A stretch of DNA of 64,000 nucleotides from NCBI GenBank assembly GCA_038043525.1, contig JBBTBW010000016.1, positions 14,713 through 78,712 on the forward strand, in the 5' to 3' direction. Both the position numbers and the translations under genes were made by a program. Shown piece after piece: positions 27,381 to 37,601 of the stretch (positions within the stretch are counted from its first letter, which is position 1; each line of letters starts with the position of its first letter). This DNA is from Deltaproteobacteria bacterium (GTDB taxonomy: Bacteria; Desulfobacterota; GWC2-55-46). The notes under the pieces were generated by a model. That model searched no databases. It saw nothing but the letters and a program-made list of their open reading frames with translations, and was not told where the DNA came from.

Positions 27381-27632
27381 AGAGAAGATATTTTATCCCA
27401 ACTGAATTCCGGAAGGAAGGCTTTTAAGGGGCAGCGGCTGAAGGCATCGTTCTGTCGCGGCAGCGGCGGCCGAAGTAGATAATAATGCCGGATGATATAT
27501 TTTGACGGAAAAACCTCGGCCTCGCTCATCTCTTTAAAAAAAACAGAGGGCTGATATAAGGCTGAACCGAATATCAGCACGGCCATCTTTTATCCGGAAA
27601 CAGGCATGGATCAGAGCCTCGTTTATGTTATA

Positions 27633-28292
27633 TCATTTCGGATCGGACGGGCCTTCATCAGGACCATCGCCGGAAGTTATCTCATTGAAGGCTCCGGTAG
27701 CCTCGTTGTAGGCTGATATCGTCCCTGCGCCTATGTCGTAGTACCAGCCGTGGAGCGCGAGCTTTTTGCTCTCGAACCCCTTTTTGACAAGCGGGTAGCT
27801 CTTGAGGTTCTCTATCTGGTTAACTATGTGGTTCTTCTCGATCTGTTCGTAGCATGTCTGGAATGAAGGGTTGGTGCAATGGCTTATGACGTTATGCTTC
27901 ACCTCGGAGGCGGCCCCGAGCCAGCCCTTTAGCCCGGGCATATCGGCAAAGTCCTTATCATCATAGTAGAGCGCCTTCATCGCCCCGCAGTCAGAGTGTC
28001 CGCACACGACTATGTCGGTTATCTGGAGCGCGTGTACTGCGAACTCTATGGCCGCGGCCGTGCTGTTTTTCAGGAGCGCAGGGTCGTTAAACGGGATTAT
28101 GTTGCCGATGTTCTTTAATATGAAGAGCTCTCCGGGCTTCGACTGCGTTATGAGGTTCGGGTCGACGCGCGAATCCGAGCAGGCTATGAAAAGCACGTCA
28201 GGGGATTGCCCCTCTGAGAGCTCCTCGAAAAAAGCCTCCTGTTTCTTATGGAGCTGCTGGAACTTTTGAACGCCTTCGTACAGGTCGCGCAA
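27633..28292 (-). CDS. beta-class carbonic anhydrase
   Basis: CSDSRV and HSDCGAM zinc-ligand motifs. TTG start preceded by AAGGAG; no in-frame ATG near the N-terminus. Confidence 0.9.
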   Translation of the reverse strand: MRDLYEGVQKFQQLHKKQEAFFEELSEGQSPDVLFIACSDSRVDPNLITQSKPGELFILKNIGNIIPFNDPALLKNSTAAAIEFAVHALQITDIVVCGHSDCGAMKALYYDDKDFADMPGLKGWLGAASEVKHNVISHCTNPSFQTCYEQIEKNHIVNQIENLKSYPLVKKGFESKKLALHGWYYDIGAGTISAYNEATGAFNEITSGDGPDEGPSDPK

Positions 28293-28388
28293 TGCCTCTC
28301 CTTTATACGGCAGTCCGTATCGAGTTATGTGATTGTTGTTTTATGTACTCATGCGGCCTCTGCCGGAATCTGAGCATCGGCCGCATTA

Positions 28389-29651
28389 TCAGAAAAGTCC
28401 GGTTTGTACCGGGCCGGCAGGCACGATCAGATCTTTTTCGCCGAAGATGCTGATGCGGCCGAACTCGCCATCGAACCCCGGGGAGATCGCAACGTTGCCC
28501 TGCCTTACCCTTGTGATCGCCTCGGCGAGGCGCGCTCCCCCTGCCGAGGCGATCTCGTCAAAGCCCATATCAAGGAGTATTTCGAACTCGGTGCCAGCCT
28601 CGGTCGTCAAGCGATCGTACTCGTTTTGCACCTTCTTTGTGTTTATCCCTGTCCCGATGACCTCTGCTACTATCTCGGCAAGAGGTATGACGTGCCTTGA
28701 AGGTATTGTACCGGCAGGCGTGGACCCTTCGTCCCTGTCTGCGAGTTCTGCTATGCGGTTAAGGACGCCTACTGTCAGGCCTCTGCCGCATACAGGGCAG
28801 TTGGCGCGGGCCTTTTCCGTTTCTTCGGGGGTGAACATGATGCCGCACGCCCTGTGTCCGTCATGGTGGTACTTCCCTTCCTCAGGAAAAAATTCTATCG
28901 TGTAGAGGAATCTCGCAGGGTCTCTTGCCTTTATTGCGCCTGTTATCGCAGTGTAGCTCAGGTCGCAGTCAAAGACGTTTGCCTCCCTGCCGAGTTTCGA
29001 CGGCGAGTGGGCGTCTGAGTTGGATATGAGGCATATATTGTCAAGGGCGGAGAGCCTCCGGTTCATCCCGGGGTCTGATGAGAGGCCTGTTTCAATGGCG
29101 TGTATGTGGCGGCTGTCATCCCCGAAGCATTCTTCGATGGAGTCGAACCCTGACTTGGACCCGAATATGGAAAACCAGGGGGTCCATGCGTGCGCGGGTA
29201 TAAGCATCGCGTCAGGGGAGGCGTCAAGTACTATCTTCAAAAGGTCTTTTACAGGAAAACCTAATATCGGGCGGCCGTCAGACGATACGTTGCCTCTTGA
29301 TGCAAGGGCCGTGTTTATCCTCTGCGCCGTCTCTATGGAATCCGCGAAGATAAGGCTGTGGACCTTGCGCGTCTTGCCGCCCTGCGTGTAGATGTTGCAG
29401 ACCTCGGCGGTCAGCATGAAGCTTGTCGGTCTTGCTTTTTCCTGTTCTTTCTTTAAGACGAAGAGCCCGCTACCTGACGGCGCAAGGCTTTCGCATATCG
29501 AGCTAAAGTGGGCAGGGTGTGTGAAGTCGCCTGTCCCGACGATGCAGATCCCTTTCTTCGCGGCCCACCTGCCGATGGCAGGAAGGGTCATCTCCTTGCT
29601 CGTAGCCCTTGAGTATCCGCTGTGTATGTGAAGGTCTGCTATTATCCGCAT
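28389..29651 (-). CDS. PHP-domain protein, endonuclease Q-like (TIGR00375-like)
   Basis: N-terminal ADLHIHSGYS PHP metal motif, further His/Asp clusters, a C/H-rich knuckle (HHDGHRAC...CPVCG). Size ~420 aa. Assignment is from memory of the family. Confidence 0.65.
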   Translation of the reverse strand: MRIIADLHIHSGYSRATSKEMTLPAIGRWAAKKGICIVGTGDFTHPAHFSSICESLAPSGSGLFVLKKEQEKARPTSFMLTAEVCNIYTQGGKTRKVHSLIFADSIETAQRINTALASRGNVSSDGRPILGFPVKDLLKIVLDASPDAMLIPAHAWTPWFSIFGSKSGFDSIEECFGDDSRHIHAIETGLSSDPGMNRRLSALDNICLISNSDAHSPSKLGREANVFDCDLSYTAITGAIKARDPARFLYTIEFFPEEGKYHHDGHRACGIMFTPEETEKARANCPVCGRGLTVGVLNRIAELADRDEGSTPAGTIPSRHVIPLAEIVAEVIGTGINTKKVQNEYDRLTTEAGTEFEILLDMGFDEIASAGGARLAEAITRVRQGNVAISPGFDGEFGRISIFGEKDLIVPAGPVQTGLF

Positions 29652-29679
29652 GGTCTTGATCGCGCCTGCGTGCGCAGAC

Positions 29680-30453
29680 TCAGTTCCCGATGGTGTTGTA
29701 TCCGGCGTCCACGTATATGATCTCGCCTGTGACGCCGCTTGACAGGTCGCTCAAGAGATAGAGCGCCGTCCTTGCCACGTCAGCCTGAGTCACGTTTCTT
29801 CTCAGCGGCGCCTTTGTCTCTACCGCGTCCAATATCGATTTGAACCCTGAGATGCCCATTGCGGCAAGCGTTTTTATCGGCCCTGCCGAGATGGTGTTGA
29901 CCCTGATGTTTTTGGGGCCGAGGTCTGCCGCGAGGTAGCGCGCAGAGGCCTCGAGCGCCGCCTTTGCCACACCCATGACGTTATAGTTCTGGATGACCTT
30001 TTCGCTCCCGTAATAGCTCATGGTGATGATCTTGCCGCCGCCGTTTGCCTCCATGAGTGGTATGGCATAGCGCGTAAGGGCGACAAGCGAGTAGGCTGAG
30101 ACGTCCAGGGCCAGGGCGAAGCCTTCCCTTGAGGTATCGTAGAACGCGCCCTTGAGCTCTTCTTTTTTGGCGAAGGCGAGAGAGTGGACCATTGCGTCGA
30201 GCCCGTTCCATTCGGTCTTGAGCCTGTCGAAGACGCCGGCTATCTGGGAGTCGTTGGTGACGTCGCATGGCAGGATGATCTTTGAGCCGATAGATTCGGC
30301 AAGAGGGCGTACCCTTGATTCAAGGACCTCTCCGGCGTAGGTGAAGGCAAGCTCCATCCCTTCGCTGTGCAGAAGCTGGGCAATGGCCCAGGCGATGCTC
30401 TTTTCATTGGCGACGCCGAATATGACGCCTTTTTTGCCGTCAAGAAGTCCCAT
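29680..30453 (-). CDS. fabI: enoyl-[acyl-carrier-protein] reductase (NADH)
   Basis: [25 protein letters not shown]-terminus, catalytic Y-x6-K ([21 protein letters not shown]). ATG at 30453 with GGAGG SD; the longer ORF-track start is a TTG. Confidence 0.9.
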   Translation of the reverse strand: MGLLDGKKGVIFGVANEKSIAWAIAQLLHSEGMELAFTYAGEVLESRVRPLAESIGSKIILPCDVTNDSQIAGVFDRLKTEWNGLDAMVHSLAFAKKEELKGAFYDTSREGFALALDVSAYSLVALTRYAIPLMEANGGGKIITMSYYGSEKVIQNYNVMGVAKAALEASARYLAADLGPKNIRVNTISAGPIKTLAAMGISGFKSILDAVETKAPLRRNVTQADVARTALYLLSDLSSGVTGEIIYVDAGYNTIGN

Positions 30454-30590
30454 AGGGTGATACCTCCTGTCTTTTTGGGCCTGCGGCAAGGGGAGCAGCC
30501 ACGCGGGCGCTGTGTTTTGCGGTAGCTAAAATGCTATATTTTTTACCATTTACAGCCGGATTGTTCAACAAAATACTTTGTCAGAGCGCC

Positions 30591-30619
30591 TTGCCTAACT
30601 CCGGGTCTTCTGATAAGAT
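30591..30619 (+). promoter_or_regulatory. candidate promoter for ferritin-like gene
   Basis: TTGCCT, 17-nt spacer, TAAGAT. Confidence 0.25.
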
Positions 30620-30677
30620 TTAGCTTATCGGGTCTGTGGGCAGTAGAAAATTCGCACCGCCCGAAAATGGAGGTTTT

Positions 30678-31166
30678 ATGGTATTTGAACATCTGGAAGA
30701 AAAAGAAGCTGTGAAGACAGCGGCCATCATAGAGGTGAACGGATACGCCTTTTATACACTGCTCTCTAAAAAGACCGAGAACAAAGGGGTCAAGGCGGTC
30801 CTTAAAAAGCTCGCCGATGATGAAAAAAGGCACCTGAGGGTCATCGAAAAAAAGTTTTTCCCTGAGGCGGGCTTTCCTGCCGAGGACATAACAGAGGAAG
30901 AGCTTGAGATCGAGGAGTATGTAGAGAGATCCACGCGCGCCGACATATTCACAAAGAAGATCAATGTCGACGATCTGGTGAAGGTCCTCGACTCTCCGAA
31001 AAAGGCGCTTCTGCTGGCGCTCGATACAGAGAGACACTCCGTCGAGTTTTTTTCCGAGATGGCCAGAAAGGCCGAGACAGAGGAGGCGCGGACGATCTAC
31101 AGGGAGCTTGTTGATGAGGAGGCCGCGCATGTAATGCAGATAGAGGCGCTTCTGGCTTCGGTCTGA
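30678..31166 (+). CDS. ferritin-like/rubrerythrin-family diiron protein
   Basis: Repeated E-x2-H ligand pairs (DDEKRHLRVIE, DTERHSVEFF, DEEAAHVMQIE) in a four-helix-bundle-sized protein. GGAGG 4 nt upstream of the ATG at 30678. Confidence 0.7.
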   Translation: MVFEHLEEKEAVKTAAIIEVNGYAFYTLLSKKTENKGVKAVLKKLADDEKRHLRVIEKKFFPEAGFPAEDITEEELEIEEYVERSTRADIFTKKINVDDLVKVLDSPKKALLLALDTERHSVEFFSEMARKAETEEARTIYRELVDEEAAHVMQIEALLASV

Positions 31167-31290
31167 GAGCCGTTGCCACGCTTTTTTGGGAAGGGGTAGG
31201 GGATCATCAGGTCGGTCCGGGGAAGTAGCGGCTGATGCACTTTGATTTGCGGATGGCCAGAGTCATGTATGACATAACGTAGTATATGAC

Positions 31291-32325
31291 ATGACAGGTC
31301 ATTTTAATATTAACGGCGAGAATCGTCATCCTATGTCAGAGATCAGGCTTAACATCCTCACCAGAGAATGGGTCATAGTATCCGCTGAAAGGGCCATGAG
31401 GCCGACGGATTATATCGATACCAGGGAAAAGAAGTCGGCGCCGGCGCATCTGCCGTCTTGTCCTTTCTGCCTCGGAAACGAGAGAAAGACGGCTGACGAG
31501 TACTTCAGGCTATCCGAGGACGGGGGCTGGAAGATAAGGGTCGTTGCCAACAGGTATCCGGCCCTTTCGTTTGGCGGCGAGAGGAAGCAGACAGTAGATG
31601 GGTTGAAGCGCTCTGTCTCAGCTGTCGGACGGCACGAGATAATCATAGAGACCCCGGCGCATGATCTGGATATCGCTTCATACGACTTGAAGCATATAGA
31701 AGAGCTGATACGCATCTACCGCGGCAGGTTCAACGAAGCGCATGCCGACCCGAGGGTCGAGCACGTCATTATATTCAAGAACCACGGCGAGGGATCAGGC
31801 ACGACCATTGAGCATCCGCACACGCAGCTTGTCGCCGTCCCTGTCGTCCCGATGCAGTTCAGAAAACGGGTCGAGTACGCAATGCATTACTTCGACGATA
31901 CGGGCCAGTGCCTCGTATGCTCCATGCTCGGCCAGGAGCGAGATGAGGGCGTGAGGGTCGTGATAGATACCGAGCACTTCCTGACCTTCATCCCGTACGC
32001 GGCGCTCTCCCCGTTCCACACATGGATATTCCCCAAGAGGCACTGCGCCACGTTCTCAGGGATCACTGATGACGAGGCAATGGACCTCGCCGTTCACATG
32101 AAGACGCTTTTTGCAAAGTTCAAAAACGGCCTCGAAGACCCAGCTTATAACTACGTCATAAGGTCGAGCCGCCCTCAGGACGGGCGAAACGAGTACTGCC
32201 ACTGGTATCTGAGCGTAGTCCCGAGGATTACAAAGACGGCGGGGTTCGAGCTGGGGAGCGGCATGTTCATAAACACGGAGCCGCCTGAGGAGTCAGCCGC
32301 CTTTCTGAGGGGTGTCGGGGTCTGA
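31291..32325 (+). CDS. galT: galactose-1-phosphate uridylyltransferase-like HIT-family nucleotidyltransferase
   Basis: CPFCLGNE zinc/active-site region and HPHTQL HIT-like motif. Alternative start at 31333 (MSEIRLN). Confidence 0.8.
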   Translation: MTGHFNINGENRHPMSEIRLNILTREWVIVSAERAMRPTDYIDTREKKSAPAHLPSCPFCLGNERKTADEYFRLSEDGGWKIRVVANRYPALSFGGERKQTVDGLKRSVSAVGRHEIIIETPAHDLDIASYDLKHIEELIRIYRGRFNEAHADPRVEHVIIFKNHGEGSGTTIEHPHTQLVAVPVVPMQFRKRVEYAMHYFDDTGQCLVCSMLGQERDEGVRVVIDTEHFLTFIPYAALSPFHTWIFPKRHCATFSGITDDEAMDLAVHMKTLFAKFKNGLEDPAYNYVIRSSRPQDGRNEYCHWYLSVVPRITKTAGFELGSGMFINTEPPEESAAFLRGVGV

Positions 32326-32340
32326 GCCTTTGATGCCGCC

Positions 32341-32388
32341 GGGCCGCTGCGTGTCTTTCTCCAAACGCGGCCTTTTGTTTTTTTATCC
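32341..32388 (+). terminator. possible intrinsic terminator after galT
   Basis: GGCCGC...GCGGCC stem with a long loop followed by TTTTGTTTTTTT. Confidence 0.35.
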
Positions 32389-32433
32389 CCGTCCCCAGGT
32401 TGCATCCAAATCCCGGATAATGAGCGCAGGTAT

Positions 32434-32862
32434 ATGGAAAGAGAATACAAAAACCCGCTCCTTACGGTCGATATAATAATAGAGCTTGGTGACGAGGGCA
32501 TAGTCCTCATCCAACGGAAGAACCCTCCTTACGGCTGGGCAATACCCGGAGGCTTCGTCGATTACGGAGAGACGTTAGAGGAGGCCGCAGCAAGAGAGGC
32601 GCTCGAAGAGACCTCGCTCGTGGTATCTCTGAGGTGCCAGATGCGCGCGTACTCCGACCCTGAAAGAGACCATAGATTTCATACCGTCTCGATGGTATTC
32701 GTGGCAAGGGCGCACGGAGTCCCTGAGGCACGGGACGACGCGAAGGGGATAGGGGTCTTTACTCAAAAGAACCTCCCGTCGGCTCTTGCCTTTGACCACG
32801 AAAGGATACTCGGCGATTATTTCAGGTGGAAGAAAAAAGGGTTCGAGGCCTTCGGGCTGTGA
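32434..32862 (+). CDS. NUDIX hydrolase
   Basis: Nudix box [18 protein letters not shown]. Confidence 0.85.
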   Translation: MEREYKNPLLTVDIIIELGDEGIVLIQRKNPPYGWAIPGGFVDYGETLEEAAAREALEETSLVVSLRCQMRAYSDPERDHRFHTVSMVFVARAHGVPEARDDAKGIGVFTQKNLPSALAFDHERILGDYFRWKKKGFEAFGL

Positions 32863-32959
32863 TCCGGGAATAAATACGACGCGTGGCTTGATGACGTTTC
32901 TGCGAATGGAGTCGCAAGGCATGGGGTAGCGGCCGTGTCATCAGTAGCGAGAGGTGTTA

Positions 32960-33117
32960 ACGCAAATGGTGGGCTGAGTCCACCCTACCAATGTGTATCT
33001 CCGTCCTTCAAAATCAACCCCTCCCAGCCTCCCCTTGTAAGTAAGGGGAGGAGCCAAGTCTAAGCTCCGGCCTTTGAATTTTGCATTCGGCGGGTGTGAC
33101 CTGCCTTGCCAGACTGA
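32960..33117. repeat. dispersed repeat block (GGTGGGCTGAGTCCACC palindrome; CCTCCCCTTGTAAGTAAGGGGAGG palindrome; GGCGGGTGTGACC unit)
   Basis: Modules shared with 24335-24775 and 36965-37590. Confidence 0.55.
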
Positions 33118-36100
33118 TCAGAAGGTCAAATGCTCAGGTTTGCCTATATAATATCCCTGCGCATAGTCGACGCCAAGCTTCTTTAAGATCTGGAACGTCT
33201 CCTCGCTCTCTACGAATTCAGCGATGCTCTTCACCTTCATACCTCTCGCCACATCCGCTATGGCCTTGACGAAAAGCTGGTCGTTCGCGTTTTTTTTGAG
33301 GTTGCGTATGAAAGAACCGTCTATTTTTATATAGTCCACGTCGAGTTCCCTCAGATAGGTGAAAGACGTGAATCCCACGCCGAAATCGTCGAGGGAGAAA
33401 TGGCATCCGAGCGACTTCAGCGCCTTGATGAATCTTGCGGCCCGTTCGATGTCGCAGACCGCCGCCGTCTCCGTGATCTCAAAGACTATATGGTCGGGAT
33501 CGGCACCTGTTTCCGATATGGCGGACCTGATGAACAGCAGCAGATCGTCATCCATCAGGTCCTTTCCCGAGAGGTTTATGCTGAATGTGAGAGATCTGCC
33601 CTTGCGGCCTGCCTCCGACATGAGTATCAGAGTCTTTTTTATTATCTGTTTATCGACTGCTCCGATTATGTCGAACCTCTCGGCCACTTCGATAAAGGCG
33701 CCGGGCAGAAGGATGTTTCCTTCCTCGTCGCGCATCCGCGCCAGCGCCTCATAGTGGCGGACCTTGTTGTCGTTCAGCCCGATGATTGGCTGCATCCATA
33801 CCTCAAAGCGGTCTTCATCGAGGGCCTTGAGTATACGCTCCTTCCACTTGAGCCTTGAATGGATGTCTTCCAGTATATGGTCTTCATCGCGGTAGAGGTG
33901 GCTTCTGTTGCGTCCAAGCTCCTTGGCCCGGTACATGGCCGCATCGACCTTTGTGAAGAGTTCGCTCACCGCTGCCCCGTGGACAGGATACAGGACTGCG
34001 CCTATGCTTGCGGACAAACGGAAAGGAAGACTCCCCGAACGGTATCCCTCTATCTGTTCTCTGATCCTCTCAGCTATCGCCATACCTTTTTTTTCATCCG
34101 TCGGAGCCAGATAGATTGCGAACTCATCCCCGCCAAGCCGCCCCAGGATGGATTCTTCGTCCTGAAGGGTTTTCTTGAGCAGCCTGGAGACGCTTCTCAG
34201 CACCTCGTCACCGAGGCCGTGCCCGTACCCGTACGAATCGTTTATGAATTTGAAATGGTCTATGTCAAGCATCAGCAAGACTCCAGGTTCTTTGTCTTCC
34301 AGATTGCTGAAAAGCCGCTCGCCCATTAGTTCCATGAAACGCGACCTGTTCAAAAGGTCGGTCATCTCGTCGTGATAGGCGAGGTATTTGATCTTTGCTT
34401 CCGAGGCCTTCTTTTCAGTGATGTCTTCCTGGACCGCGAGGTAATTTATGATATTCCCGTTCTGGTCCTTGACCGGGCTTATGACCGTATTGCACCAGTA
34501 GCGCCCTCCGTCTTTCGTCCTGTTTTTCAGGATGCCGCGCCACGTCCATCCTCCCTTTATCGTGCCCCACATCTCCCCGTACATGGAATCAGGGGTCTCC
34601 CCTGAAGAAAGGATGCGGGGCGTCTGGCCAAGGGCCTCCTGTTTGGCGTAGCCCGTGACCTGCTCGAAAATCGGGTTTACGTATTCGATGACCCCGTCGC
34701 TGTCAGTGATGAAGACTATGCTACTGCTCTGTTCTATCGCCGCGGAAAGTTTTTTTATCTCGAAGGTCGCCTGCCTCTGTTCAGTGACATCGGTGCCGTA
34801 AATATTGACATACTCGCTTTGGGCCACCGGCGCCACTACCATCGAGAATATCCTGCCTTTATTCTTCAATTCGAGTAGTTTGGTTTTCTGAGAGTCGTAG
34901 ACCTCATTGACGGTCTGCTTCAAGGCCTCCGGCACTGATTGTCCAGCCTCGCATCCCCATTCATCAAGCAACGGGGCGCTCGCATCGTTTCCGTACAGTA
35001 TCGTTCCGTCCGTTGCGATGCGCAAGACAGGGTTCGGGTTCTCCGAAGGGAACTTTGCGAGGACCTTTATCTCTTCCTCGACCCGCTTGCGCTCGGTGAT
35101 ATCATGGGCCGCGCAGACTACCCCGAAGAGTGCGCCTCCGGCCCCTCTCATCACCGATCCTGAGAAAAGCACCGGTATCTTTCTGCCGTCTTTGGCCAGA
35201 TACGTCTTCTCGGCGTTGCGGATAAAACCGTTTTTCATAAGCTCTTCAAAGTCTTTTTCTTGTTCTTCAAATATCGTTAATATGGGCCTGCCCAAAAGTT
35301 CGTCATCTACGTAGCCTAACATATCAAGGGCGGCCTTGTTGACGGCGGAAACAGCGCCTTCGGGTGTCGTCACTATGAGGCTGTCCATCATGCTTTCAAA
35401 GATTTTTTCAACGTAATTCCTGGATACGGTTATCTTCTGCAGGTCCACGGCCATTTTGTTAAAGGCCGCTCCAAGCTCGCCGATCTCGTCTTTTGACACC
35501 AATTCGATTCGCGAGCCGAATTCTCCGGCACCGAATTTTAAAGCAGCGTTCCTGAGTCTTTCAATAGGCCTTGAGATGGAACGCGACACCATTAAGGCCA
35601 TAAGGACGACGAAGGCCGGAGAGACGGCAAAGAGCGCCAGCAATGCGTTCCTGACCCTCCTGACAGGACGCAGTATCTCGTCGGCGTTGAAGTCCATTAC
35701 GACAGTCCACCCAAGGCCGCTGAATCCCTTCGAATGGCTGAAGGCCCTCAATATTTCCATGCCTTCTTCAGGGATGAAAACGAAACCGCTTTTCCCTCCG
35801 AGCACGTCAGAGGCCCCCTGCAGTCGCGAGACATCCTCGCCGAACTCTTCGAGCCTTATGTCCTTGCCCTGTTTTTTCAGAGTCGGGTCCAGTCCGCTGA
35901 AGATGACAAGCCCTTTTTTGTCGAGCAGACGCGGCTCCATGCTCTTATATTTAGAACGCGTCTGGGCCAGATCGATGATGCTTTTCATGGCCTCTATATT
36001 CAAGACACCCTTGAGAAGACCTGCAAAGGCGCCTTTTCTGTCATATATGTTTACAACGATATCGATTGAAACTGCGTCTGAGCTTTCGTCGAATTCTACG

Positions 36101-36639
36101 TCGCCAAGCCAGAAATCCCTTTTTTTCAAGGCTTCTTGATACCACCGTTCGTCGGCCTGCAGATAATCGCTAGTCCTGCCGGTCGAAGCGAGGACAACGC
36201 CGTACCTGTTCGTCACGTATACTTCGCTAAAAGGCGCGTACTCGTATTTCTGTTTATAGAAATCGAGGTACCTTACGAGTTCCTCTGAGAGTTCATTATT
36301 CAATACGCTTGTTATGAATGGTGTCTGTTTTTTGCTTTTCCAGTCTTCGTCTGTTTTTTTGATGAAGTCCATGATGCCGGGTGTCTTATCGAATGCCTTG
36401 TTTGATCTGACGACATCCTTCGCCAGCAACAGGTCGTTAGCGTAGGCCTGTATATCCTCGACCCTGACATATATCTCTCTATCGACATCTCTTATGATAT
36501 CGTCCGCCAATTGAAGGGCGCTCTCACCCGCATCCTTTTTCATGGCATTTTCCGCAATGTAGATCGAGGCGACCCCTGCAATGGCGGACACAAAGATAAC
36601 CGTGGAAAAGGCAATAGTCAATTTTCGGCCGATCCTCAT
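33118..36639 (-). CDS. sensor diguanylate cyclase/phosphodiesterase (periplasmic sensor-HAMP-PAS x3-GGDEF-EAL)
   Basis: TM helix then periplasmic domain, second TM plus HAMP, three PAS-like segments, GGDEF (RLGGDEFAIYL), EAL (YEALARMRDEEGN). ATG at 36639 precedes the TM; the ORF-track start at 36798 is a GTG. Confidence 0.85.
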   Translation of the reverse strand: MRIGRKLTIAFSTVIFVSAIAGVASIYIAENAMKKDAGESALQLADDIIRDVDREIYVRVEDIQAYANDLLLAKDVVRSNKAFDKTPGIMDFIKKTDEDWKSKKQTPFITSVLNNELSEELVRYLDFYKQKYEYAPFSEVYVTNRYGVVLASTGRTSDYLQADERWYQEALKKRDFWLGDVEFDESSDAVSIDIVVNIYDRKGAFAGLLKGVLNIEAMKSIIDLAQTRSKYKSMEPRLLDKKGLVIFSGLDPTLKKQGKDIRLEEFGEDVSRLQGASDVLGGKSGFVFIPEEGMEILRAFSHSKGFSGLGWTVVMDFNADEILRPVRRVRNALLALFAVSPAFVVLMALMVSRSISRPIERLRNAALKFGAGEFGSRIELVSKDEIGELGAAFNKMAVDLQKITVSRNYVEKIFESMMDSLIVTTPEGAVSAVNKAALDMLGYVDDELLGRPILTIFEEQEKDFEELMKNGFIRNAEKTYLAKDGRKIPVLFSGSVMRGAGGALFGVVCAAHDITERKRVEEEIKVLAKFPSENPNPVLRIATDGTILYGNDASAPLLDEWGCEAGQSVPEALKQTVNEVYDSQKTKLLELKNKGRIFSMVVAPVAQSEYVNIYGTDVTEQRQATFEIKKLSAAIEQSSSIVFITDSDGVIEYVNPIFEQVTGYAKQEALGQTPRILSSGETPDSMYGEMWGTIKGGWTWRGILKNRTKDGGRYWCNTVISPVKDQNGNIINYLAVQEDITEKKASEAKIKYLAYHDEMTDLLNRSRFMELMGERLFSNLEDKEPGVLLMLDIDHFKFINDSYGYGHGLGDEVLRSVSRLLKKTLQDEESILGRLGGDEFAIYLAPTDEKKGMAIAERIREQIEGYRSGSLPFRLSASIGAVLYPVHGAAVSELFTKVDAAMYRAKELGRNRSHLYRDEDHILEDIHSRLKWKERILKALDEDRFEVWMQPIIGLNDNKVRHYEALARMRDEEGNILLPGAFIEVAERFDIIGAVDKQIIKKTLILMSEAGRKGRSLTFSINLSGKDLMDDDLLLFIRSAISETGADPDHIVFEITETAAVCDIERAARFIKALKSLGCHFSLDDFGVGFTSFTYLRELDVDYIKIDGSFIRNLKKNANDQLFVKAIADVARGMKVKSIAEFVESEETFQILKKLGVDYAQGYYIGKPEHLTF

Positions 36640-36964
36640 CCCAACCGCCTTGTTTTTTGCTCTCGCTGGAGCCGGTGCTAAATCGTCTGAAAAAGCGTGA
36701 AAGTCAGCTGAAAGGGGAAATATCCGGAGTTGCAAATTCATGGGGGTGTGGCTCAAAGATGGTATGCGCCTGCTTTTGCAGGCGGTCAGGCCCTTCACTG
36801 CGAGGCTGTCTCGAAGCCGCAGGGACTGAGCTGTCCGGGGTTACATTGGCGTTAGTGTAGTTCGTTGAAGACCTGAGAGATCGCCTGAACATCACCTGAC
36901 AATCAATATATTCTACGTCTGACTCGCTCTTTTTGCAACCGGCCCACAAAAAAACAAGGCTGAT

Positions 36965-37590
36965 GAGAGTTCAGGCCAGCCTCCCCTTGTGAGTAAGGCG
37001 CAAGAAGACAAAACTCCCCTCCTTACCAAGGAGGGGCTGGGGGTGGTTTGAGAATTAGTTTGCCTTTGCTTTAAAACAACCGGGGCATGGCGGAACGAGC
37101 CTAAAGGATGGCCGACGAACAGGCGGTGGTATCAACTGCGAGTCGGCCAGACAGCGAAGGGAGCCATACCCAAAAGATGCACGGCAAGTGCAAAGCTGAA
37201 ATCAGATAGATGTTTTTTTATTCGGGACGTTCGAGCCATGCACGAAAGGCGCACCCAGTGCGGCAAAAAAACATCCGGCGGGTGTGACCCGCTCTGCCGG
37301 ACTTACGCAAATGGTGGGCCGAGCCCACCCCACCCTACCTGACTACGTTGCTGACCTCTCTCAGTCTCCCCTTGTAAGTAAGGGGAGGTGTTAGGCAAAG
37401 ATCAAGACTTTGAATTTTGCCTTTGCTTTAAAACAATCGGGTCATGGCGTAGCGAGCCTGACTGAGAGCCGTAGAGCAGGTCCTTGTATCTACTGCGAAA
37501 CGGCTCGAAAGCGATGCGAGCCATACCCAAAAGGCGCACGGAAGTGCAAAGCTGAAATCAGACAGATGTTTTTTATACGGACGGTTCCTA
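36965..37590. repeat. dispersed repeat block (palindrome units plus two copies of ~160-nt unit C ending GATGTTTTTT)
   Basis: 37425-37585 is ~90% identical to 24400-24560; 37125-37275 is a diverged copy. Contains CCCCTCCTTaccAAGGAGGGG and TCTCCCCTTGTAAGTAAGGGGAGG palindromes. Confidence 0.65.
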
Positions 37591-37601
37591 TGCGTTGATG
37601 C

